Source: Callorhinchus milii
Lineage: Eukaryota
Reading direction: 5' to 3'
Length of the DNA: 64,000 nt
Assembly (NCBI RefSeq): GCF_018977255.1
Contig: NW_024704743.1
Span: 15,564,001 to 15,628,000, forward strand
A program made the position numbers and the translations under genes. A model generated the notes under the pieces. That model saw nothing but the letters and a program-made list of their open reading frames with translations, did no database searches and was not told where the DNA came from. The first letter of the stretch is position 1, and each line of letters opens with the position of its first letter. Positions 13,791-24,849 of the stretch are shown piece after piece.

Positions 13791-15720
13791 ACACCTCAAG
13801 GGTTTCTGTTGTCTTCCTATTGCCTCATATAAGATTTGTAAACAACAGGCAGGGAATTGAACCCAGGACATTCCCAGTTTATGACTACATTTAACTGTGG
13901 GCAATGAACTTACCAACTGAGGTACCTCTGTTTTCAGGTGGAGTGATCATGCTGAGTGCATTGTGTACTTATTATCACAACAGATAACTAGAATGAGGTT
14001 TAACCAGTCACTCTAGGCACAACTGTAATCAAGGCTTTTGTTTTGTTGACAGGAAATGCATTATTTTCCTGTCATCCCCTGCCTGTTTTGTATTGTGGTC
14101 TTGTGGAAGTGGGTATTTGCATTCAACCACTGAGATAATCATCTCTTCCAAGATCTGAGCTATGCAGATGAGCTCTGGAGAGGAACACAATGCACATCAG
14201 TAGCTGTGTAGCGTATCCAAGTGAAGACTTTTGAAGTGTTATTCTGCCACCATTGTGGCTTTGTATTGCACACAGGAAGTGTTTTCTCAGTAAAGCTCCC
14301 TTTCAGTGCTCTGTGTCTCTCTGTTCAAGTGGTTGTAGTTTGCCACTGCTCTGTTTGCCTTTCTAATGAAGTGACCCATTTGTTTAAAAAGGTGGTGGGA
14401 TGTATTTAAACAGGAGCTAAAATAAACTATGGAACAGTTCAAATAAGCCTTGGTTATCAGGTCTGTAAACTTGACGGGAATGTTTGGCCTGACCTTCCCT
14501 CTGGGCTGCGCATTCAGGAAACTATGTAAATAATTTAGTCTATTGAGTCGAGTAATTTGTGATAATTTTTAAAGGGTTTTACAAGTGTTTATTCAAGACT
14601 TTTGTAATCATTGTTTCGCCTACAAATACAGTGAATCCACTTTACAATATATACTGTGAAGCACTTTGAGATGTTGTGACTATGTGATCAGAGGCTATAT
14701 CAAATTATTATTATGCTAAAGTGAAACCAGTTGGCGCACTGTGTGCTTTTATTAATTGTTCTATTTTTGTTTTGGAAATTAAGTATTTCAGTGCCCTGCT
14801 CCATGATTGTTTACAGCTTGAAATATAGCATTGTGTGAGAGTTTAAATCTGGAATAACTAAACCATTTACACGCAACAACTGGTTAGGTAGGTAGTAGGG
14901 TGGCCGAAGTCGCAGTCGAAGAGGAGGGTCTTGAAGGAGGCAAGGGAGGGAGCAAGGCGAAAGGACTGTGGAAAAAATTCAGTGAAGTGCTTTGAGACAT
15001 CCTCCTGACTTGAAAGATTCAGTGTCAAATATAAGGAATATGATTATTACTGCTCTTCACTTCACTGATGGCTTTTTTTAAAGAAGAGAAATTTCACACA
15101 GTGCTCATTTCTCACGACAATTTACAATGGAGGTCTAGCAGATTGTGGCTGAAATCAGTGGGCCAAATGTTTCTCAGCAACATCTGTCATCTCTCATATA
15201 GCGGTATATCAAAGTCGTGGTTTGTGGTAAGTATGGTGGTATTTTCAAAGGGTATGTGGAAAAGTATGGCTTGATTTATAAAGGGAGGAGAGAGAATTGA
15301 TGTTTTGATAGGGGTTGCCCTGGAACATGATATGCAGTAAATGTAGATGTTGCACGCAAAGCCTATATATAGTGAATCACTGTGTAGACTGCTAAGTGAA
15401 ACGGGCGAGCTCGCTTTTGACAGAACCTTTGGAGTGGAGGCAGTTTCCATGTGAAAAGGAAGATCATTTGAAAGAGTTAGAATTAGGCTAGATTTAAATG
15501 TGATGACTGAAGCTCAAATTTCCCTGCCCCCTCACCAATTTTGTTTGATAATTATGAACATGCCCGTGGCGTAAGGAATGTATTTTGTGCTCGCTACTAA
15601 ATTGTTTTCAAGATAAATAAGAGTCTCCAGTTACTGATACAATAAGCGTCTGTTCAAGGCAATAAACAGTAGGTGGTGTGGAGACATTTTTATCTGTGTA
15701 ACACTTTATTTTGTGCTATA

Positions 15721-16091
15721 TTAATAATAATCCTTACATTTGATATAGGGCCTTGTAACGTCTTTGAGACATCTCAAAGTGCTTCACAGAATATACTGTA
15801 AGTTGATTGACTGCATATTCTGTGGTCAAAACGCTGCATCCAATTATGCACAGCAGTGTCCCACAAACAGTCGTGGATTGAGTGATTAAATTATGATTAT
15901 TATTTCTTTGGAGGGATTATTAACCCTAGAAAAGTGATCCACCAATCGACTAACAATCAGGTTCATACTTACTGCGAGATAAACAGAGGCGTGTGGATTA
16001 AGTTGTCCAACGTTTCACCCTGCCTGGGAATCGAACCCAAGTCCTCTTGCTTGCGAGGTGAGTGCTTTAACCACTAAGCTATAGGATTCCA
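15721..16091 (-). mobile_element. Full-length tRNA-Ala-derived SINE (long subfamily)
   Basis: Head on reverse strand ggaatcctatagcttagtggttaaagcactcacctcgcaagcaagagg…gggttcgattccc, central ctctgtttatctcgcagtaagt segment, Deu-like part, (tta)n tail. Confidence 0.9.
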
Positions 16092-17579
16092 CTCGATCAA
16101 CCAGTAGTTATATACATGTACATATAGTCCATATAGTCAACCAGTGGTTATATACTATACAGCTGAGCTTATTTTAAGAGCAGTGCAGAGCCACAGACAA
16201 AGCCTTTAAATAGGAAGGGGAGATTAAATTACACATGCTCCCAGCTCCAATACCTTATCCAGTGGCGCCTTGTTGGAACATGTGCACGACTGGATGTCAA
16301 CTGAGGACAGGACTTGGTTATTATGACTTTTCCCTCATGGTAACTTGCAAAAGTTCGGCGAGCTGGTTGCAAGGAAGATTTGTGTACCGACACTTTAACA
16401 AACTGGAGGGGCCCGTTAGAGGAGCAGAGCCATGATTCCTCACACAGCATTTTCCCAATCTTAATTTGATCACTGGGAAACCATTGGGGAAATTGTCTTA
16501 GCAAAGAGACAAACATATTTAGACTAGATCACTCCAGGGCATTTCTCCTTCTCCTCCCCCCCACCCCATGTCTCTTCTCTCCTTAAACTGCTGGCTTGTG
16601 CTGGAGCTCAGTTCTTATGGGTCCGGCCCTGTGGCAAACATCTTGTATCTTGCCTGAGTGTCCAGTCTTCATGTTTGAAGCTGGAGGGTGAATGTGTGTG
16701 AGCTGTGGGAATGTGCACAGTTATCATAGCCAGGGCCTAATCTTGTTCTCACCTGGTGCTTATTCCAGCAAGAGTCTTTGGATTGTAGTGAGATGCCCAA
16801 ACAGTGACTGATTTTCTTCACATCTCCCCCCACCCCCCAAGGATGCTGAAGACCTTTGTAACATCCTTCGTGCTGCCTAGGCTGAGATCACCGACCTCAG
16901 CACAAAGTTTGACTGGATTTTTCCTGGTCTGTATTGTTCGGTACCACATCAAGCAGTGCCTCTGCCAATTGAACCTTTCCAGTAGGTTGTACTGTCGGGA
17001 ATCTAATGACTCCATTCTTTTACATTAGGGCTTATACAAATGTAATCTTGTTGTTGTCGTTTATACATTTTATTGTTATTATTGTAAATAACCTTTGTTA
17101 TTAATATTATTGTTATTAACATTTGCTCTCTTGAACTATGCACTTTCTTATTTCTGATTATTGTAGAGGAATTTTCCTTTATGAAAATGATGTGCTTCTT
17201 GCATATAATAATTCTTGCAGTGGAGACAGCACCTTATCATGTTGTTGAGCTGTCTCAAAGCGCTTCACAGAATATACTGTAAAGTGAATTCGCTGTATAT
17301 TTTGTGGATGAAATATACACACATCACGCATTTAGCTTGTGTCTGTGCATCAGGGTAGTAATTCCTAGGCAGGAAGAAATGCTTGTTGGGCGTGTTGATG
17401 TTTTGTTTGGGGCCTGGAGTCGGTCTGGGTGGAATTGAAGGCTCCATCGGGAGAAGCAGTCTGGAATCTGGGCCAGGAATATCTAATCCCTCGATAGTTC
17501 CCTTCACTTTTTGAGTGTCTCTCAGGATACGGCTGGATCCCACTTTGTGGTGCTAACCTATGATTAGTGAGATAGCTAG

Positions 17580-17868
17580 AAGCGCTCTATCCGGCCTGTT
17601 CCATGTACCCCGCCCAGTCTGCCCCACCCCATAATTGGCAGTTGGGCCTTCACCTTCTCAGCCCCCACGATTTGGAACTCAATTCCACAGTCCCTTCGCC
17701 TCGCTTCCTCCTTCAAGGCCCGTCTCGAGACTCTCCTACCCTCACCCTCCCTGCTCTCCACCCCTCTTCATCCCAGCCCCCAGCTCGGGTCCAAATCCCT
17801 GACTGTCCAGCACCTCGGGACATCCTCCCGAAGTAAAAGGCACTACACAACAGTAAATTGTTGTTGTT
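17580..17868 (+). mobile_element. L2 LINE 3' fragment
   Basis: cagctcgggtccaaatccctgactgtccagcacctcgggacatcctcccgaagtaaaaggcactacac…ttgttgttg. Confidence 0.85.
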
Positions 17869-18509
17869 CTATCCAGACTGCGTGTTGGTATAGCTTGGTC
17901 ACAAGAGGACACTGCTAAAGCAATACATTTCAGTCGGAAACCATCCTCAGGCCAAGCGTGGGTGAAGGTAGACCACTTCTGTAGTTTGTGTGGGTAAGTG
18001 GTTAGTGCTGGATGGACGAATTTTGCAAAGATTGTAGATATGGGAATTAGTGGTTCAAGGGGATTGTAGGTAATAGTGGAGACTGGAGGCTTATGGCTTT
18101 GGGCTAAATGGAGTTTGAATCATACTGAAACTAACCAAACCACAGACCAAACCTTGGAACTCGGGTTCGATTAATCTTATTCAGAAACAGTACAAGGGAG
18201 TCATGTGTTCCCAGTCTGTTTTACTCAAATTCAAATCTAGTTTTCAGAGGTGTAAGCACAGCTTCCCTGACCCTCTCCCCCATCACCCCCAGCTAGCCAG
18301 TATTTTCCATCGGCATTTTTCTTGTTTAGATACATGATGTATGTGTGTGTTCTGCGGTGGCGGGGGAACTTATGGTGTGACAATATAATTGTCACAAAAA
18401 CAGAAAATGGAATTTTTTTGCTCTTGAGATCTTCTCCTTAATGACAGGTTTGCCACTAAACAATTCCCCCCCACCCTCCCAAATATGGCCCTTTAACCTT
18501 TATTTATAG

Positions 18510-18850
18510 TTTGTATTTGACTTCATAGCTATTTGCTGTGGTGCAAATTGTTTGCCACGTTCACCTATAATAATAATCCTTGCATTTGATATAGCGCTTT
18601 ATCAAGTTGTTGAGAGATCTCAAAACGCTTCACAGGTACTAAAGTTGATTAACTGTATTTTGTGGGTGAAACACTTACTACAAAAGTCTTGACGAAACTA
18701 ACAATTACAGAATATCTTTAAAGTGGATTGACTGTGTATTTTGTGGGTGAAACAAATAAAGTCACTATCTTTACATAAAAACTCTGAAGAGCTTTAAGAT
18801 ATTTCAACAATATGATAAAGTGCTATATCAAATGCAAGGAATGTATGTTA
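18510..18850. mobile_element. Nested SINE fragments: a - strand copy with internal duplication inside a + strand copy
   Basis: A + strand Deu remnant is interrupted at about 18567 by taataataatccttgcatttgat…; gtattttgtgggtgaaaca occurs twice; the + strand tail resumes and ends gtgctatatcaaatgcaagg. Confidence 0.7.
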
Positions 18851-20039
18851 TTAAGTAGATAAAATGCATGTGCATTCTTTAAAAGTTTGTGTTGGCACTT
18901 TTGTTGATTTGCTTTTGTGTAAACGCTTCCTCTTCCTCACCAATGACATGTGGACCTTGACATGAATGGAATTGGTGCCCATTCAGGATTGTTAAGCGCT
19001 TTGAGACCTCCTCTCAACGCGAGCGGTTCTATATAAATGTAAATTGTTTTGTAGAGTCGGTGCATAGCAGCACACTGCTCAGTGCCATCTCTACTCTGTA
19101 TGGAGAGCTGTGTTCTAACCCGGCTTCAAGTTAGCTGTTGGAAGCCATGGTGGAAAAAATGGTTTATGAGCCTTGAGCTCCAAGACTAAGACTCTCTTAT
19201 TTTGAACTTGCCTAAATTAGCATTCCAGTTGCCAGAAATCTTGGGCCACGCATTCCTCAGATTGTTTAAACAAAAAAAAGCACACAGCTTGTTTTATGAA
19301 CTTTTAACCCACCTGCCAACAAAATCCACCATTGCATGCAACTTCCTCATAGCCACTCAGGGAAATGTGAATTGTGAGCAGTGAGAGATGGGGTGGAGGG
19401 AAGCAGTGAACTGTGACAATAACCTTTGCACACTTTTGAAGATGTACTGAGACTTGACCTCTTTATATTTTGAAATGTCCGAGAATCCGGCTGGGGAGTT
19501 TAGAACTGCCTCAGCGTCACACATGCAGAGTCAGTTCCAGCAAAGACTTTGCAAGTGCTGAAAAATAGGGGAATGGGAAAGGCAGGATTTAGTGGGGAGA
19601 TGGTATTTGAAATATGGCCTTGTGCAGATATAGCCAGTGTAGAACTTGCTGACTGAGGAAGTACAGACTGATGCACTGAGCCCTATAGTGGAAGGGGTAG
19701 CAGTTGTGTTGGGTAGTGAAAGGACCAGGGGCCAAACACTCTGCCTGGTATAAGACTAAGGACTATTTCCTTAACATTTCAGAACTGGTGAATTTTGGAA
19801 ACATCTTAAATTCAGTCATAATTTTGAAGCCAGTTTTCCACAGTTTTAAGAACTACAGAAAACTGGCTCCCAAATTAAGATTGAAAAAATACATTTTGGC
19901 CAAAATCTGTACGTTCTGATCTAGGTACTGATCTCTCTGTATTCCAGGAATACTCATGGTTAGTGATTTTAATGTTGTCCTCCAGGCAGGGCAAAACCAC
20001 TTAGTTGTAGGGCACATCTACAACCAGCACAGAGTAGGT

Positions 20040-20680
20040 TATGATGCGGGAGAAACCGGGCAGCAGCACTTGACCTCATAGTCATGGCTTGCACTTCAGA
20101 GCAGTGCTGGAGGAGGGCGAGATTGTCAGAGGAGCTGTCTTTTAGGTAAGACATTGAACCAAGGTCCCACCAGCTTTGTTTTAGGTGGACAATAAAGATC
20201 TCATGACACGATTTGAAAAGGGAGCTTCTCCTGGAGTCTTGGCAAGCTGTCCTCCAGAATTAATCATTCACTTCATGGCTCTTTGTGGGACGTTGGGACA
20301 CTTTGATGTGATAAGGCTCTATTTGGAGGCCTGTAGCTCAGTGGTTAGAGCACTCACCTCGCAAGCGAGAGGTTTGATTCCTGGCAGGGTGAAATATTGG
20401 GCAAGTCTCCTTACTCCACACGCCTCTGTTTAGCTAGCAGTAAGTAGGAAACCGGTTGTTAGTCGATTGGCAGATTGCTTTTCGGGGGTAATAATTCCTT
20501 CAAAAAAAAAAAACTGGTCACTTCAATCCACGACTGTTTGTGGGACACTGCTGTGTGCAAGTGACTGCCGCGTTTTTCCCACAAAATATACACTGAACTC
20601 ACTTTACAGTATATTCTGTGAAGCACTTTGAGATGTCTCGAAGATGCGATAAGGCGCTATATCAAATGCAAGGATTATTT
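20040..20680 (+). mobile_element. Old long Deu-type SINE (20040-20320) abutted by a full tRNA-Ala SINE (20325-20680)
   Basis: gtcagaggagctgtcttttaggtaagacattgaaccaagg…ggtggacaataaagatctcatg, then ggaggcctgtagctcagtggttagagcactcacctcgcaagcgagagg…gcgctatatcaaatgcaaggatta. Confidence 0.85.
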
Positions 20681-21259
20681 ATAGGGTTATTATTTAAAAA
20701 GCAAGTTTGATCTTTGTACGTCAAAGCTGCGAATACCTGGAATTTAAAAGAAATGCCTGCTTGTAATACCTTGCAGGTAGTTTCCTCTCTCACCAAATTA
20801 CTCCCGGGAGAGATGAGCATGCCAATGTCTCTTGCAAGTTGGATAGCTCACCATAGATAGAATAATTCCCAGGGTAGGTAGCAAATAACATTTCACCTGG
20901 TTTCAGATCCCTTGGGGAACTCTGATGAGACAAATAGAGTCTCCCTGTGTAAATAGAACAGCAATTGCAGCCAGCTTCTGTGTAATGTCTTCCACTTTGT
21001 CGCAGTGTAAAGCTGGGGGATGCAGGCTCACAATGACTCAGTCAGTGAAGACACTGCCTGCGCAGAGTCAAAATGACCAGGAGCTCCGTGTTTGATTCTG
21101 GGTTGTTGCTGAGTTAACCAGCAGAGCTGATACAAGTGTCGTTTGCAAACCTGAGGTAGAGAGGAGAAAATAGGCCAGGAATTCTTCTCTTGCATACTAA
21201 TCTGTGACGTATGTGTGCGCGTGTGTGTTTGTCTGCACTTACGTACATGTACCTGTGTG

Positions 21260-21525
21260 TTGGGCGAGGGCTGCATCACATTTGGCTGTATTTCTTTACC
21301 CTCTTCCCATCTGTTCTAGAACCCTACAATCTTCCCACCGTATCAAATGAGTTCAGTGACCTGGCCTCAACCACTTTTCCTGGCGATCTGTTCCAGTCAT
21401 TAATTAACCTCTGGGTAAAGAAAATCTTCCTGGTGTCTGTCCTGAAGTTGTCCTTTGCAACTCTAAAACTATGTCCTCTTGTTCTACGGTCTTGGTGAAT
21501 CTTGAAGTGTTGTTCTAAGTTTACT
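21260..21525 (-). mobile_element. CR1 3' fragment, interrupted by an L2 and resuming at about 23243-23340
   Basis: ORF 21324..21569(-) reads RTRGHSFRVAKDNFRTDTRKIFFTQRLINDWNRSP, a typical CR1 ORF2 C-terminus. Confidence 0.85.
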
Positions 21526-21534
21526 TTTGTGTTT

Positions 21535-23242
21535 ACAGCCACCTCTGCGCCGTCCACAGCCACCCCCACATCACCTCTCCCTCATGACCCACCCCCTACC
21601 CATCCCCCCCTATACTTCTTCAACCTTATCTCTCCCTACTCCCTCACCACGACTGTCCACAAACTAAAACCCACCACCTGCTCCCTCAATCCCATCCCCA
21701 CCTCATCTCACAGCTCCACCTTCTGGCCCCTCTCCTGTCCGACATCATCAACCTCTCCTTGTCCACTGGTTCAGTTCCCACCCCCCTAAAAACAGCCATC
21801 ATCACCCCCATCTTGAAAAAACCTTCCCTGGACCCATCCCTTCTCTCCAGCTACCGCCCCATCTCTAACTCCCATTCCTCTCCAAGGTCCTGGAATGAGT
21901 CGTTGCATCCCAGCTCTGCTCCTTTCTCTCTCGCCATTCCCTCTTTGAACCCCTCCAATCCGGCTTCCAAGCTGCCCACAGCACGGAAACAGCCCTGGTC
22001 AAAGTCACTAATGACATTCTGAACATCTGTGATCAGGGCTCCCTCTGCCTCCTTGTCCTCCTTGACCTCTCTGCCACCTTCAACACTGTCAACTACTCCA
22101 TCCCCATACACCGCCTCCTCTTTATTTAATCTTCACGGACCTGCCCTTGCCTGGTTCGATTCCTATCTCTCTCACCGTCTCCACTTTGTTGCCTCTAACG
22201 ATTTCTCCTCCAGCCCCCGCACTGTCAAGTCTGGCGTCCCCCAGTGCTCTGTCCTTGGCCCTCCCTTTTATATCTACATGCTCCCCCTTGGTGACATCAT
22301 CCGCAGACATGGGGTCAACTTCCATATGTATGCGGATGACACCCAACTCTATCTTTCTGCCTCCACCCTCAACTCCAGGACCACTGCTGTCCTGACAGAC
22401 TGTCTGTCAGACATCAAGTCCTGGATGAGGGCAAGTTTCCTGCAGTTGAATGTGAACAAGACTGAGGCCCTCCTGATTGGTTCGCGCCAGCGCCTCTGCA
22501 CCTCAGGCTCTGGCAACATCAACCTCCATGGTTGCACACTTCAACTCACCAAGCCAGTCAGGAACCTCGGTGTCTTGTTCGACCTTCATCTGTCTTTTCT
22601 TCCCCACATCCAAGCCATGACCCGCTCTGCCTTCCCTCACCTCCGTAACATCGCCCGACTCCGCCACTACCTCACCCCTCAGGCCGCTGAAACTCCTCCC
22701 TCCACAGGCTGCAGATAATCCAGAACTCTGCAGCCCGTGTCCTCTCCCGCACCAAACTCTGTGACCCCATCTCCCCCATTCTCGCCCGACTCCATTGGTT
22801 CCCTATCCTTCAGAGGATTCAGTTCAAGATCCTGGTCCTCACCTACAAAGCCCTCCATGGCCTCGCCCCACCCTATCTCAGTGACCTCCTAACCCCCTAT
22901 CAACCTGCCCGCTCCCTCCGCTCAGCCGGCTCTGGCCTGGTCCACGTCCCCCGACTCACCCGCCCCACCATTGGCGGAAGAGCCTTCAGCCACTCTGCCC
23001 CCAACCTCTGGAATTCCATCCCCCAATCACTCCGCCTCGCCCCCTCCTTAGCCTCCTTCAAGTCCCGCCTCAAGACCCTCCTCTTCGACCATGCCATCGG
23101 CCACCCCCCTTCGCCTCCCCTCCTTTCTCACCCCCCCCCCCCCCCCGACCCCAGCTCGGGTTTGAAATGCTGTATACTGTCCAGCGCCTTGGGACGTCCT
23201 CCTGACATAAAAGGCGCTATACAATTGTAATCTTGTTGTTGT
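21535..23242 (+). mobile_element. 5'-truncated, frameshifted L2 LINE (about 1.7 kb) with RT domain
   Basis: VPTPLKTAIITPILKKPSLDP…[44 protein letters not shown]. 3' stem-loop and (ttg)n tail. Lacks the HAFITSRLDYANSLL segment that is present in the 23771 copy. Confidence 0.95.
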
Positions 23243-23770
23243 TTTTCAAACCCATTTAAAAGTTTACACACCTCTATAGGATTCCCTCTGAGATGTCTTC
23301 TCACTAGGCTGAAGACCCTGAGCTTGTCTAATCATTGTCACCACACTCTGTCTGTGCTCACTGCTGAAGAAAAGCTATTTGGGTACATGGTGCTGGAATG
23401 GACTCTCTACTGCCTGTGAACCTTATGTCAGTGTGGTTCAGAGCCCTTAGGTGAGGAAGAAGCTGGACAAGCTGAGGGTGCTATCATTGGATTTCCTCTT
23501 CTGATCACCACATCCACGTGAAGTGTTACTTGGTACTTGCATTGGCTTGTGCCTGAGAGGAAGTTATTCACCAGTGAATTTCAGTGCAAACAAACACGAT
23601 AGGAACAGGAAATGCTGTGCTCTCAATTAAATAAGGCAGGTTGTTGTCACAGTCTGGTTTGATCTCTGGACACCTGCATTATACTACTACTAATAATAAT
23701 AATCCTTGCATTGGATATAGTGCCTCATCACATCGTTAAGACGACAAGGAACTTCACAGAATATACTGTA

Positions 23771-24849
23771 ACAACAACAAAATTACATTTGTATAGTGCC
23801 TTTCACATTGGGAGGACGTCCCAAGGCGCTGGACAGTCATGTTTCGGACCCGAGCTTCGGGTCAGGATTGGGGAGGTTGGAGGGCAGGGGGGGGGAAAGG
23901 AGGGTGATCGAGAGACACGGTGGAAGAGAAGGGCCTAGAGATGAACCTTGAAGGAGGTAAAGAAAAGGGCGAGGTGGAGGGATTACGGGATGGAGTTCCA
24001 GAAGGTGGGGGCAGAGTGGTTGAAGGCTCACCCACCAATGGTGGGGTGGGCGAGGCAGGGACATGAAGCAGGCCAGAGCCCACTGAGCGGAGGGAGCGGG
24101 CAGGTTGGTAGGGGGTTACGAGGTTGCAGAGGTAGGGGGGAAGCAAGCCCATGGAGGGCTTTGAAGGTGAGGACCAGGATCTTGAACTGTATCCTCTGTG
24201 TGATGGGAAGCCAGTAAAGTCGGGCGAGAATGGGGGTGATAGGGTCACGGAAACTGGTGTGGGGAAGGACACGGGCTGCAGAGTTCTGGATGATCTGCAG
24301 CCTATGGAGGGAAGAATTGGGGAGGCTGACAAGCAGGGAGTTTGCATAGTCAAGCCTGGATGTTATGAATGCGTGTATAAGGGTTTCGGGAGTCTGCAGT
24401 GTGAGACATTGGCGGAGCCGGGCGATGTTGCGGAGGTGGGGGAAGCCAGAGCGGGTCATGACACGGATGTGGGATAGAAACGATAGTTGAGGGTCAAGTA
24501 AGTCGCCAAGGATTCCTGACCGGCTCAATGGGGTGGAGTGTGCATCCTTGGATGGTGATGCTGTCAGCGCCTGAGGTGTGGAGGCGCTGACGGGAGCCAA
24601 TCAGGAGAGCCTCGGTCTTGTTGATGTTCATCTGAAGAAAGTTAGCTCTCATCCAGGACTTGATGTCTGACAGACATTCTGTCAGAACAGCAGTGGTCCT
24701 GGAGTCAAAGGTAGAGGCAGAGAGATACAGTTGGGTGTCATTTGCATACATGTGGAAGTTGACCCCATGTCTGCAGATGATGTCACCAAGAGGGAGCATA
24801 TAGATATTGAAGAGGAGGGGACCAAGGACAGAGTCCTGAGGAATGCCTG
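23771..24849 (-). mobile_element. 5'-truncated L2 LINE (about 1.1 kb) inserted into a SINE, with 9-bp TSD
   Basis: GIPQDSVLGPLLFNIYMLPLG…FHMYANDTQLY…HAFITSRLDYANSLL…RIQFKIL. TSD tatactgta at 23762-23770 and 24850-24858. SINE halves at 23685-23770 and 24850-24930. Confidence 0.95.

Noticed and set aside
22029..22718. RT-like ORFs here and at 24494-25114 and 62400-62939 as active or domesticated reverse transcriptases
   Set aside because: All are 5'-truncated, frameshifted or internally deleted L2/CR1 copies; one has YADD mutated to YAND.
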